From: Squalus acanthias
Taxonomy: Eukaryota
DNA: 64,000 nucleotides
Assembly: GCA_030390025.1 (NCBI GenBank)
Contig: CM059441.1
Coordinates: 23,622,001 to 23,686,000, forward strand
Direction: 5' to 3'
Part shown: positions 50,551 to 61,198 of the stretch, one piece after another
How the letters are laid out: every line of letters starts with the position of its first letter
How positions within the stretch are numbered: position 1 is the first letter of the stretch
Notes under the pieces: model-generated
The model's database searches: none
Told to the model about the DNA's origin: nothing
The model's input: the letters and a program-made list of their open reading frames with translations, nothing else
Position numbers and translations under genes: made by a program

Positions 50551-51485
50551 ATTAAATTTAGTTTCACAACTTGCACATGGTGGGATTTGAACTTGCGACC
50601 TTTAGGGTTGCTAGTCCAGTATCATAACCACTTGGCTACCGTACTTATATAAAGCAGCAGACAGAGGGACATCATACCAGCGCGTTAAGTGTTTATCTGC
50701 TGATATCGGCAACAGTAATTACTAGCTTGTATGGTGTTTTAGGGTAAAGCTTGTATGATTTCATAAAATCTTCCATGGTTACCAGGTACCATCTGAGGTA
50801 CAATGCAGTCCTGAACCAATAAGGTGATCTCGTTTACTCCATTTTATGACAATTAATGACTAATTTGTGACAGGTTCAGGTCCCTTTGCTTCCTTGGGAT
50901 GTTTTATTACGTTAAAGGCACTATATAAATGCAAGTTGTTGTTGTGTTCTAGTGCTAACCCTGTAATCAGAGTTTACTACAAATCTCTAACGGTCCCATT
51001 ATATGACAGCACTGCTACCAACCCCAGACCCAATTTTTTATCCTCACCAATGTTCTCCTGTTCTCTCTTCTCCTGAAGTCGTCAATCCTTGTTATTTCAC
51101 AAGCACCGACCACCCTCAGATATCTCGGCCAAACAGTCATTAGTTGTGCTTGGGCCTTCAGAGTGAGTGTTGGCAGGCTATTATCTGTGGGAGGATTCAG
51201 TCCTCAGCTGATGCCCACTTTGTAGCAAAGGGTTACTGGAGTGGGAGCACTGGCTGATTTTGGCTCAATTCCCTCTGGAAGTGGTTTTGCCAGACTTCTC
51301 TGGAGATAGCCGTGCCAGGGTAAGGGGGGAAATAAATTCTGGCATTGGTGCTGGCTGCCAATTGCTCCGATCACCAGGCAATCAGCCTTTTCCTGCAGGT
51401 CAGGGGATGCAGTCTTCCTGGTACTGACTGATATGTACACATCTTCACCAACTTGGAAAGTTGCGTCGGATGAAATAAACACGTG

Positions 51486-52296
51486 GGGCGCGATCTTGCC
51501 AGCCCTGGGGAGGTGGGTATGGAGGTGGGACTGTCGGGAAAATGGCAGAATCTGGGGGTGGGTGCCCATCCCGCCCCCAACCCACCTCTGTGCCATCTTG
51601 CCAGGAGGCGGGTAGCCGACCTGCGCCGGGTCCCGTCTCCTTGGAGGCGGGAAGGGGATTAGTGCCACTTATCTGCCTGTTAACAGGTAGTTAACAGGCA
51701 GATAAAAGGATTATCCCCATTTTACCCACACGAGTGCGGGCTTCCCGAAGGCTGCGAACCCCGCCAGGGTCACCGAGACGAGTAGTGGGTCTGCGGGGGT
51801 CAAAAGTGTACTGTGAAGGTAAGTGATGGGTGCAAATGTGGAGAGGTGAGTATGTGAGGTAAGTGGAAAGTGTTAGTAAAAGTTTACTTACCTTTGTTTC
51901 TTTCTGCAGGCTTCAAGAGTTGGGTATGCGGAGAGTCTCGCACATCCGCGGCAGAGATGCAGTAACCATCTAATTTCTGCTAAATAAAGAGGTTTGATGA
52001 GGTCTTGAATTCAAGAACTCATCAAACTACAGAGAATGTCAATGTTTGACAGCTTCACAGAGCTGTCAAACGATGACAATTTATCTGTCAAAAATTTTTG
52101 ACAGATGAAATGTCACATGTTGACGTTCTCTGTAACCGGCTTTCCCTTAATTGGCCTGCTAAGCCCGCTGGGCGGGCTTAACAAGGTCAATCAAGGGAAA
52201 ATAGCGTGGGTTGGCCACAAATCGATGGAGGTGTGACTAAAACCCGACAAGTGGGAGTCCCGCCTCCAAAAGCTCCCCATTGGCAAAATCCAGCCC
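51486..52296. mobile_element. Harbinger-like MITE (about 810 bp)
   Basis: Imperfect TIRs GGGCGCGATCTTGCC / GGCAAAATCCAGCCC; flanks GTG / TTG; second copy at 41211. Confidence 0.7.
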
Positions 52297-52524
52297 TTGG
52301 TGCCCAACTTTCTTTTGTGTGTGTCTGTCTGTTGCCGTGGTACTGTGGCATCTCCTCGCAAGCAAAGGGGCTGGATTTCACAACAGGGAGAGCATTAACG
52401 GGTTGCAGAGCTGCTGCACTGGTATAAACGAAAAACTGATCTGCAACTCTGTCAACTGGTGGATTCTCCGTGTGGTTAACCGGCTAAAGGGCGTCTACAA
52501 ACCTTGCTAAGTATAAGAGAATCA

Positions 52525-53250
52525 CTGATAAATCCAATAGGGAATTCAGGAGAAACTTATTTACTCAAAGAGTGGTGAGAATGTGGAACGCACTGCCACA
52601 AGTTGAGGCGATAGGCGTAGATGTATTTAATGGGAAGCTAGGTAAACGCATGAGGGAGACAGGAATAGAAGGATACGCTGATAGGGGTGGGAGGAGGCTC
52701 GTGTGGAGCATAAACATAGACCAGTTGGGCTGAATGGCCTGTGTCTGTGCTGTATGTCTGCATATGTAATTCTATTTGAGATACAGAAGTGCTCAATATG
52801 GGTAGGATGCAGTATCTATGGGGAACGAGCAGGGGAGTGGGACAAATTGGATACGAACATACGTAACATACAAACATACGAAGTAGGAGCAGGAGTAGGC
52901 CACTCGGCCCTTCGAGCCTGCTCCGCCATTCAATAAGATCATGGCTGATCCAATTACTCTCTATTCCCGCCTACCCCCGATAACTTTTCACCCCCTTGCT
53001 TACCAAGAATCTGTCTACCTCTGCCTTAAAAATATTCAAAGACTCTGCTTCCACCGCCCTCTGAGGAAGAGAATTCCAAAGACTCACGACCCTCTGTGAG
53101 GAAAAATTTCCCCTCATCTCTGTCTTAAATGGGCGACACCTTATTTTTAAACAGTGACCCCGAGTTCTAGATTCTCCCACAAGAGGAAACATCCTCTCCA
53201 CATCCACCCTGTCCAGACCCCTCAGGATCTTATATGTTTCAATCAAGTCA
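52525..53250. mobile_element. Cluster of CR1 3' ends (52525-52755 on +, 52860-53250 on -)
   Basis: LFTQRVVRMWNALP and DLIETYKILRGLDRVD motifs. Confidence 0.8.
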
Positions 53251-53708
53251 CATAGACCTTTCAAAGAGCTGTACATGGGCACGATGGGCCGAATGGTCTC
53301 CTTCATGTGATTCTATGATCTACATAATCAGTTTTCCCAATAAGTTATTTTGAGGAGAGTATTATGCTTTTCATTAGGTAGTGTGACAATTTATTTCAGC
53401 TAGAGGGAACTGGAGTGAGTAACAGCTGTGCCGCAAAATTGGCATCGTGTTAGCTGAGAGAACAAAAGATACCAACGGGGATGCCTGGCGCCTGCTCATG
53501 AGCTAATATACGTTCCAGCAATCCTGACTCAGGAAGTGACGGCTAATTCTGCACTTGAACCTCTGCATACAAGAGAAACAGTTTCAGGCGACTACACAGC
53601 GAGTCATTCAGGCGGCAGAGAGAGTTGTCGGGGAGAGAGCTCCTCAAGAAGGGAGAAGCAGTATGTGATAGTTTGCTGCTGGTGTTCTGTGCAGACTTTA
53701 TTTTAAAT

Positions 53709-53736
53709 TATATATCTATATATATATATATATATA
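53709..53736. repeat. (TA)n microsatellite
   Basis: TATATATCTATATATATATATATATATA. Confidence 0.9.
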
Positions 53737-53805
53737 GAAAGCTGAAGTGCATCTGAAACAACTCCTTGCCAGCATAATTGCTGACAGCTCTGGTGGTGAT
53801 ACTTG

Positions 53806-55357
53806 CCAGGTCCCGACAACATCTCGGCTGCAGTGCTGAAGACTTGTGCTCCAGAACCAGCCGCGCCTCGAGCCAAGCTGTTCCAGTACAGCTACAACAC
53901 TGGCATCTACCCGACAATGTGGAAAACTCCCCAGGTATGTCCTGTCCACAAAAAGCAGGACAAATCCAATCGGCCAATTACCGCCCCATCAGTCTACTCT
54001 CAATCATCAGCAAATTGATGGAAGGTGTCATCGACAGTGCTATCAAGTGGCACTTACCCACCAATAATCTGCTCACTGATGCCCAGTTTGGGTTCTGCCA
54101 AGACCACTCGGCTCTCAATCTCATTACAGCCTTGGTCCAAACATGGACAAAGGAGCTGAATTCCAGAGGTGAGGTGAGAGTGACTGCCCTTGACATCAGG
54201 GCAGCATTTGACCAAGTGTGGCATCAAGGAGCCCTAGTAAAACTGAAGTCAATGGGAATCGTGGGGAAAACGCTCCACTGGCTGGAGTCATACCTAGCAC
54301 AAAGGAAGATGGTTGTGGTGGTTGAAGGTCAATCATTACAGCCCCAGGACATTGCTGCAGGAGATCCTCAGGGCAGTGTCCTAGGACCAACCATCTTCAG
54401 CTGCTTCATCAATGACCTTCCCTCCAACATAAGGTCAGAAATGGGGATATTTGCTGATGATTGCACAGTGTTCAGTGGCATTCACAACTCCTCAGATAAT
54501 GAAGCAGTCCATGTCCGCATGCAACAAGACCTGGATGACGTTCAGGTTTGGGCTGATAAGTGGCAGGTAACATTCGCACCACACAAGTGCCAGGCAATGA
54601 CTATCTCCAACAAGCGAGAGTCTAACCACCTCCCCTTGACATTCAACAGCATTACCATTGCCGAATCCCCCATCATCAACATCCTGGGGGTCACCATTGA
54701 CCAGAAACTTAACTGGACCAGCCACATAAATACCGTGGCAACAAGAGCAGGTCAGAGGCTAGGTATTATGCGGCGAGTGTCTCACCTCCTGACTCCCCAA
54801 AGCCTTTCCACCATCTACAAGGCACAAGTAAAGAATGTGATGGAATACTCTCCACTTGCCTGGATGAGTGCAGCTCCAACAACACTCAAGAAGCTTGACA
54901 CCATCCAGGACAAAGCAGCCCGCTTGATTGGCAACCCATCCACCACCTTAAACATTCACTCCCTGCACCACCGACATACAGTGGCTACAGTGTGTACCAT
55001 CTACAAGATGCACTGCAGCAACTCGCCAAGGCTTCTTCGGTAGCACCTCCCAAACCCGCGACCTCTTCCACCTAGAAGGACAAGGGCAGCAGGCGCATGG
55101 GAACACCACCACCTCCAAGTTCCCCTCCAAGTCACACACCATCCTGACTTAGAAGTATATCACCGATTCTTCATCATCGCTGGGTCAAAATCTTGGAACT
55201 CCCTCCCTAACAGCACTGTGGGAGCACCTTCACCACACGGACTGCAGCGGTTCAAGAAGGCGGCTCACCACCACCTTCTCAAGGGCAATTAGGGATGGGC
55301 AATAAATGCTGGCCTTGCCAGCAACGCCCACATCCCATAAAAATGAATTAAAAAAAA
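53806..55357 (+). mobile_element. CR1-group LINE family B, 5'-truncated 1.55-kb copy
   Basis: Starts at GPDNI; family-B tail and A-rich end. Confidence 0.9.
53970..55043 (+). pseudogene. LINE-B reverse transcriptase remnant (5' frameshift, premature TAG)
   Basis: NYRPISLL, QFGF, ALDIRAAFD, PQGSVLGP and FADD motifs; TAG at 55041 where other copies have CAG. Confidence 0.9.
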
Positions 55358-55384
55358 TAGGCCCATGGGAACCACTGTGGCAAA

Positions 55385-55800
55385 GCCTGGCTCAGTAGGT
55401 AGCACTCTCGCCTCTGAGTCAGAAGGTTGCAGGATCAAGTTCCACTCCAGGGACTGGAGCCCAAAATCCAGGTTGACTCTCCAGTGCAGTGCTGAGGGAG
55501 TGCTGCACTGTCTGAGGTGCCTTCTTTCCAGTGAGACGTTAAACCGAGGCCCCGGCTGCTCTCTCAGGTGGACATAAATGATCTCACGGCCACTATTTCG
55601 AAGAAGAGCAGGGGAGTTATCCCTGGTGTCCTGGCCAATATTTATTCCTCAATCACCTAAAAAAGATGATCTGCTCATTTATTTAATTGCTGTTTGTGGG
55701 AGCTTGCTGTGCACAAATTGGCTGCCGTGTTTCCTACATTACAACAGTAACTGCACTTCAAAAGTGCTTTGGCATATCCTGAGGTTGTGAAAGGGGATAT
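55385..55800 (+). mobile_element. DeuSINE, near full length
   Basis: TGGCTCAGTAGGTAGCACTCTCGCCTCTGAGTCAGAAGG head and Deu core. Confidence 0.85.
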
Positions 55801-56194
55801 ATATATATTTATTTATTTATTTATTTCATTTTCTTTCTTTCTTTCTTTCTCAGTCCAGTAACATTTCTGCATCTTCTTGGGATCTGACACATTTGCAGTG
55901 TACATACAGACATGTAGGGTACCTTTCAATTATTTTATACAAAGTAGATCATGGCTGAACAATGACTGGTCAGTGATGTACTTATTCAGCTCTAGTTTGG
56001 AAACATAGAATATACAGGACTGGAAAGGCCATTGGGGCCTATCTGGATGATCTCAATATCAAAGAAATATCATATCACATATCCCATGATACCCAACATT
56101 ACATTGTTCTCTCCATTTTGTTCATACTAAGTATTGCGCATTAATCCAGGGATTGCTCCCTTGAAATTAGCCCAAATCCTAAATGAGCAATTCG

Positions 56195-56460
56195 AAAAAA
56201 ATCATTCTTGGGATGTGGCCATCACTGGCTAGCCCAGCATTTATTGCCCATCCCTAGTTGCCAAGATGGTGGTGGTGGGCTGCCTTCTCTTTTGAACCGC
56301 CGGTAGCAGTTTGGTACAACTGAGCGGCTTGCTAGGCTACTCCAGAGGGCTGTTAAGAGTCAACCACATTGCTGTGGATCTGGAGTCACATATCGGCCCA
56401 GACCGGGTAAGGGCGGCAGGTTTCCTTCCCTAAAGGACATGAGTGAAAATGGGCTTCTTT
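56195..56460 (-). mobile_element. SINE family 2 (MetaSINE-like) 3' half
   Basis: GGTAAGGGCGGCAGGTTTCCTTCCCTAAAGGACAT plus LINE-B tail. Confidence 0.7.
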
Positions 56461-57359
56461 GTAGGAAAATAGGGTCTTAAGCCACATGTGCACTGCTGCA
56501 TCCCGCCAGGCTTGCAAAACAGCCACAAGATAAGGTTTGATGCCAAGGTGAATATTACAGGGAGCTGGTTGAGACTGTGGGCCGCGTGTTCGGTCACACA
56601 GTGTCAAGTGACCCATCTAGGAGCCGTGCTCCTGTCCAGCGAGACCCTGCAACCGGGAACAAAACCTTGCAAAGTTCCCCTTTCGGAAGAAGTTCAAGAG
56701 AAAAATAAGAGACAACATCCAGGAATATAAAAAGATAAATTTAAATAAAATTTAAATTAACCAAAGATAACAGAAGGTGTAGGTGTGGGGTGGGGGCGAG
56801 GTGGGGGGTGGGGGGTGGGGGGGGGGTGGGGTGGGTGCGGGGGGCTGAAAGTAAAAGAGCTACCAGAAATTTGTGAGCGAAGCAGAAAGAAACTGTGATA
56901 TTCTTGTGTCAACTCCAGAACCTTTCATCTGAGCTTGCTGCTTTTTTTTTACTGATCTTGTTCATGATGCCCCATTTACAGTGACAATCTGGAAGAGCCA
57001 CAAGCTTAGAAGCAGGGTGAAAAGAAAGCTCAGATTTAACTACTATAAGCAGAAGGTGGCGAATGTGCAAAAGGGAGGCAGTGGGGACTGACTATCAGCA
57101 AATTCAAGAAAGTGTTGGATAAATACATAGAGAAAAATTTGATATAGGGATAAAAGAGGTGTCAGGAGATATAATATTTCCTAGGCTCTGGAACTGGGCA
57201 TGTGTTTTTTTTTTTGGTTCTCTGTGCTCTTATATTTCCAAGATAGAGCTGATGGAATGCATCACAGATCACTGCACAGTCATCGATCAGCCACAAACTA
57301 ATCTGCAAAAAAAAATTATTGCAAGCTGCCTTGAATTCTGCATTATTATACCTTGCACA

Positions 57360-57790
57360 ATCATAGAATGGTTACAGAACAGGAGGCCATTTGGCCTGTC
57401 GAGCCCGTGCCGGCTCTCTGCAAGAGCACTTCAGCTAGTCCCACTCCCTCGCCCTTTCCCCGTAGCCCTACAAATTTTTTTTCCTTCAGGTACTTATCCA
57501 ATTCCCTATTTAAAGCCACGATTGAGTCTGCCTCCACCACCCCCTCAGGCAGTGGATTCCAGATCCAAACCACTCGCTGCGTAAAAAAGTTTTTCCTCAT
57601 GCCGCCTTTGGTTCTACTGCCAATCATCTTAAATCTGTGTCCTCTGCTTCTCGACCCTTCCGCCAATGGGAACAGTTTCTCTCTATCTACTCTGTCAAGA
57701 CCCCCTCATGATTTTGAACAGCTCTATCAAATCTCCCCTCAACCTTCTCTGCTCTAAGGAGAACAACCCCAGCTTCTCCAGTCTATCTAT
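57360..57790 (-). mobile_element. CR1 LINE 3' end
   Basis: SRGHRFK...NFFTQRVVWIWNPLP. Confidence 0.85.
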
Positions 57791-58636
57791 GTCACTGTAA
57801 TCCAAAGTTACAGGCAATCCTGAAAGTTGACTGCAGGGTCAGCTCAGCAGTGTGTGGTCAAGTGTTTTGCAGACAAGCTCAGGTTCCCTAAACAGGATGA
57901 ATATGTGATCTCCATTTTAAAAAAAGAGAAATGTCAAGCGGAAGAAAAAGACCATTCGACACATTGAAGCTCATTCCTCTAAAACGTTAACTTCCAACAC
58001 CAAATCTAATTGTACTTTGAATAATCGAAATGTTACGCTCTCTATTACTTTGCTCGGTAGATTATTTCAAACATTTATCACTTTGAGTAAAGTGTTTCTC
58101 TTTCTGGTCCTGTTTTAAGTTTACTTATCATTCATTTACATTTATCTCCTCTGGCCTTATTTTCATGGCTTACTTTGAAGCATTAAAATGGGTATATCTT
58201 ATCTATACCAATTCATACTTTTACTAGTTGTTCTTCCATACATTGCTCATAGATTTATATGCATCGGGCTCTTGCATCTTCCTCCTACTGCTGATGGATG
58301 GCCCTTAGTGCATTACGATTAAAAGCGGTGTCCTTGCTTATACCCTCTGCCTCTAAACCTTTCTTCTCCCTCTATGAACTGATTTCCTTCCATTCCACTG
58401 TTATTTCAGTTCATAATTCCTCCTCTCCGCTTTGCACTTCTTCTGTCCGGGTTTTATCCTGCGCTGTTTCCCATTTGTTTTCTTCAACCGCCTGCTTCAA
58501 ACAATGATTAAGTAAAGCCTGCTGGAGTTGTAAGGCACTCCTAACGTTATTTAATTATGGTTTCGGCAAACTCTTGAGCTCATTTAATTATTTATCCTTT
58601 CACAGCTCCCACACGGTGAGAGCAAATAAAGAGCTA

Positions 58637-59367
58637 GAACATAAGACCATAAGAAATTGGAGCTGGAGTCGGCCATTCGGCCCTTCGAGCCTGCTCCGCC
58701 ATTCAATAAAATCATGGCTGATCTTCTCCCTCAACTCCACCTTCCCCATATCCCTTGATTCCCTTAATATCCATAAATCTATCGATCTCTGTCTTGAATA
58801 TACGCAATGACTGAGCATCCACAGCCCTCTGGGGTAGAGAATTCCAAAGACTCACCTCTGAGTGAAGAAATTCCTCCTCATCTCAGTCCTAAATGGCCGA
58901 CCCCTTATTCGGAGACTGTGACCCCTGGTTCTAGACTCCCCAGCCAGGGGAAACATCCTCCCTGCATCTACCCTGTCAAGCCCTCTAAGGATTTTATATG
59001 TTTCAGTGAGGTCACCTCTCATTCTTCTGAATTCTAGAGAATATAGGCCTAGTCTCCTCAATCTCTCCTCATAGGACAATTCCCCCCATCCCAGGAATCA
59101 GTCTAGTGAACCTTTGTTGCACTCCCTCTAAGGCAAGTATATCCTTCCTTAGGCAAGGAGACCAAAACTGTACACAATACTCCAGGTGTGGTCTCACCAA
59201 GGCCTCATATAATTGCAGTAAGATTTCTTTACTCTTATACTCCAATCCTTTTGTAATAAAGGCTAACATACCACTTGCTTTCCTAATTGCTTGCTGTACC
59301 TGCATGTCAACTTGCAGTGATTTGTGTACAAGGACACCCAGGTCCCTCTGAACACCAACATTTCCAA
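58637..59367 (-). mobile_element. CR1 LINE 3' fragment
   Basis: GNVGVQRDLGV...HLEYCVQFWSP...RGDLTETYKIL. Confidence 0.9.
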
Positions 59368-59485
59368 CAAGGAAATACCTGGGGTGTGGAGCCAATATAA
59401 ATTGCTGGGGGTTGAAACTATTTTTTGGTAGATGCATTCCTTAAGTTGGGCCTCAGCTGGTTGGTTTGGAGTCCATTGTCAAGTA

Positions 59486-60320
59486 TGAGCTGGAGTCCGA
59501 GCTTCAAACACTGCGACACATCAGGGAGGGGGAGAGTTACCTGGACTCCGTGTTTCAGGAGGTAGTCACACCAATTAGAGTAACTAATTCAGAAGTAGCC
59601 CGTGGTCAGGGACAGGAAGGTGTGACTACGAGTGAGGCAGGTACAGGGATCCAGGAGGTAGTGTTGGAGGAGCCGCAGCCCTTGCTCTTGTCCAACAGGT
59701 TCGAGGCTCTTACTCCCTGTGTGGATAGGAGCAGGGACTGCAGGGAGGATGAGCAACCTGGCCACAGCACCGTGGTAAGGGGGGCCATTCAAGTGGGGGG
59801 AGTAAAAAGAAATGTTGTAGTGGTAGGGGATAGTATCATTAGGGGGATAGATAGGGTTCTTTGCAGCCAAGAGCGAGAGTCCCGAAGGCTGTGTTGCCTG
59901 CCCGGTGCCAGGGTTAAGGACATCTCCTCTGGGCTGGAGAGAAACTTGGAGTGGGAGGGGGAGGATCCAGTTGTCGTGGTCCATGTTGGTACCAATGACA
60001 TAGATAGGACAAGGAAAGAGGTTCTGCTGAGGGAGTTTCAGCAGCTAGGGGCCAAATTAAAAAGCAGAACCTCGAGGGTAATAATCTCTGGATTACTACC
60101 TGAGCCACGAGCAAATTTGGCTAGGGTAAATAAAATCAGGGAGTTGAATGCGTGGCTCAAAGACTGGTGTGGGAAAAATGGGTTTTGCTTCTTGGGACAC
60201 TGGCACCAGTACTGGGGCAGGAGAGAGCTGTTCCGTTGGGACGGACTTCACTTGGCCAGTGCTGGGACTAGTGTCCTGGCGAATCGAATAACTAGGGCTG
60301 TGGAGAGGGCTTTAAACTAA
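59486..60320 (+). CDS. CR1 ORF1p C-terminal part: coiled coil plus SGNH/GDSL esterase domain
   Basis: ELESELQTLR, LSNRFEAL, VVGDSII, CLPGARV, HVGTNDI and DGLHL motifs; N-terminus missing. Confidence 0.9.
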
Positions 60321-60433
60321 TTAGTGGGGGGGAGGTTTCAAGAGAGCAAAAAATAAAAATGACAACAGAGAGGGTCATAGACATAGGTAGCAGTAGGGGA
60401 ATCACAAATCAGAGCGTGGCAGGAAGGGACAGA

Positions 60434-61195
60434 GGGGGAAAAATTCAGCTGCTTGCGCCTCCCGTTAGCGCCTTAAGAGGGCGCTAATGGGGCGTAAAGC
60501 AGCTAACGCCCGGGCGCAGCGCCGCCCACGCCTCCCGAAAAATTCAGCGGGAGGTTAGCGGCGGCGCCAGCCGGTAGCGCCCTGTGGCGCTGCGCCGCCG
60601 GCGATGACGTCATCGCCGTGCGCAGCACCCCGCTCGCGCTCCAGCCGCGATCTTCAGTCGCGCGCCCTGATTTACCGCCAGACGCTATGTCCGACGGGTT
60701 CAGGGAGGCGTACGTGCGGCCGGGGCGGCGATATTTAAAGGGGAGGTGGCAGGCGGCCATTTTTGTTGCTGGCCGCCTGCCAGCACCTGCCCCCGGCCCC
60801 CGTGAAGCCCCCCCACCGTGAAGTGCCGGCTGCGCTCCAAGAGCCCGGCACTTCTCTTGAGTGCCGGGCTCTTTTGCCGGCACTCCCGATCCCTGGGGGC
60901 CCAGCTGAGCCCCGGTTCGCTGCTGCGCAGGGTCCCTCCCCTTTAAGAAGGGGAGGAAGGCCTGCAATACCGCGGCGCGACGTGCCGCAGCGCGTGGTGC
61001 TGCGGCACGTAGCGCCAGGATATTCACTCGCAGCGCCCCAAGAGGGATGCGGGGTGCTTCCAGTGGCGCCCCGCTTCCCTCTTGGGGCGCAACCACTGAA
61101 GTTCCGGCGCGGGGCCGCTAATTTTTTCGGGGCGCTAAAAGTCGCGCCCCGGCGAGGTTAGCGCCCCAAATGGGGCGCGACTCAATTTTTACCCC
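60434..61195. mobile_element. CpG-rich PIF/Harbinger-like MITE (762 bp) inserted in CR1 ORF2
   Basis: TIRs GGGGGAAAAATTCAG / CTCAATTTTTACCCC; perfect 3-bp TSD AGA (60431-60433, 61196-61198). Confidence 0.85.
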
Positions 61196-61198
61196 AGA

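Noticed and set aside
56780-56845. Functional G-quadruplex (also 35650-35682 and 47680-47726)
   Set aside because: Simple poly-G tracts with no other sign of function
59466-60320. Host lipase/esterase gene
   Set aside because: Intronless SGNH ORF directly upstream of EN-RT is the typical CR1 ORF1
60503-61161. 197-aa and 132-aa ORFs as transposase or novel proteins
   Set aside because: Low-complexity Ala/Pro/Gly/Arg products of GC-rich MITE sequence; no DDE or Myb motifs
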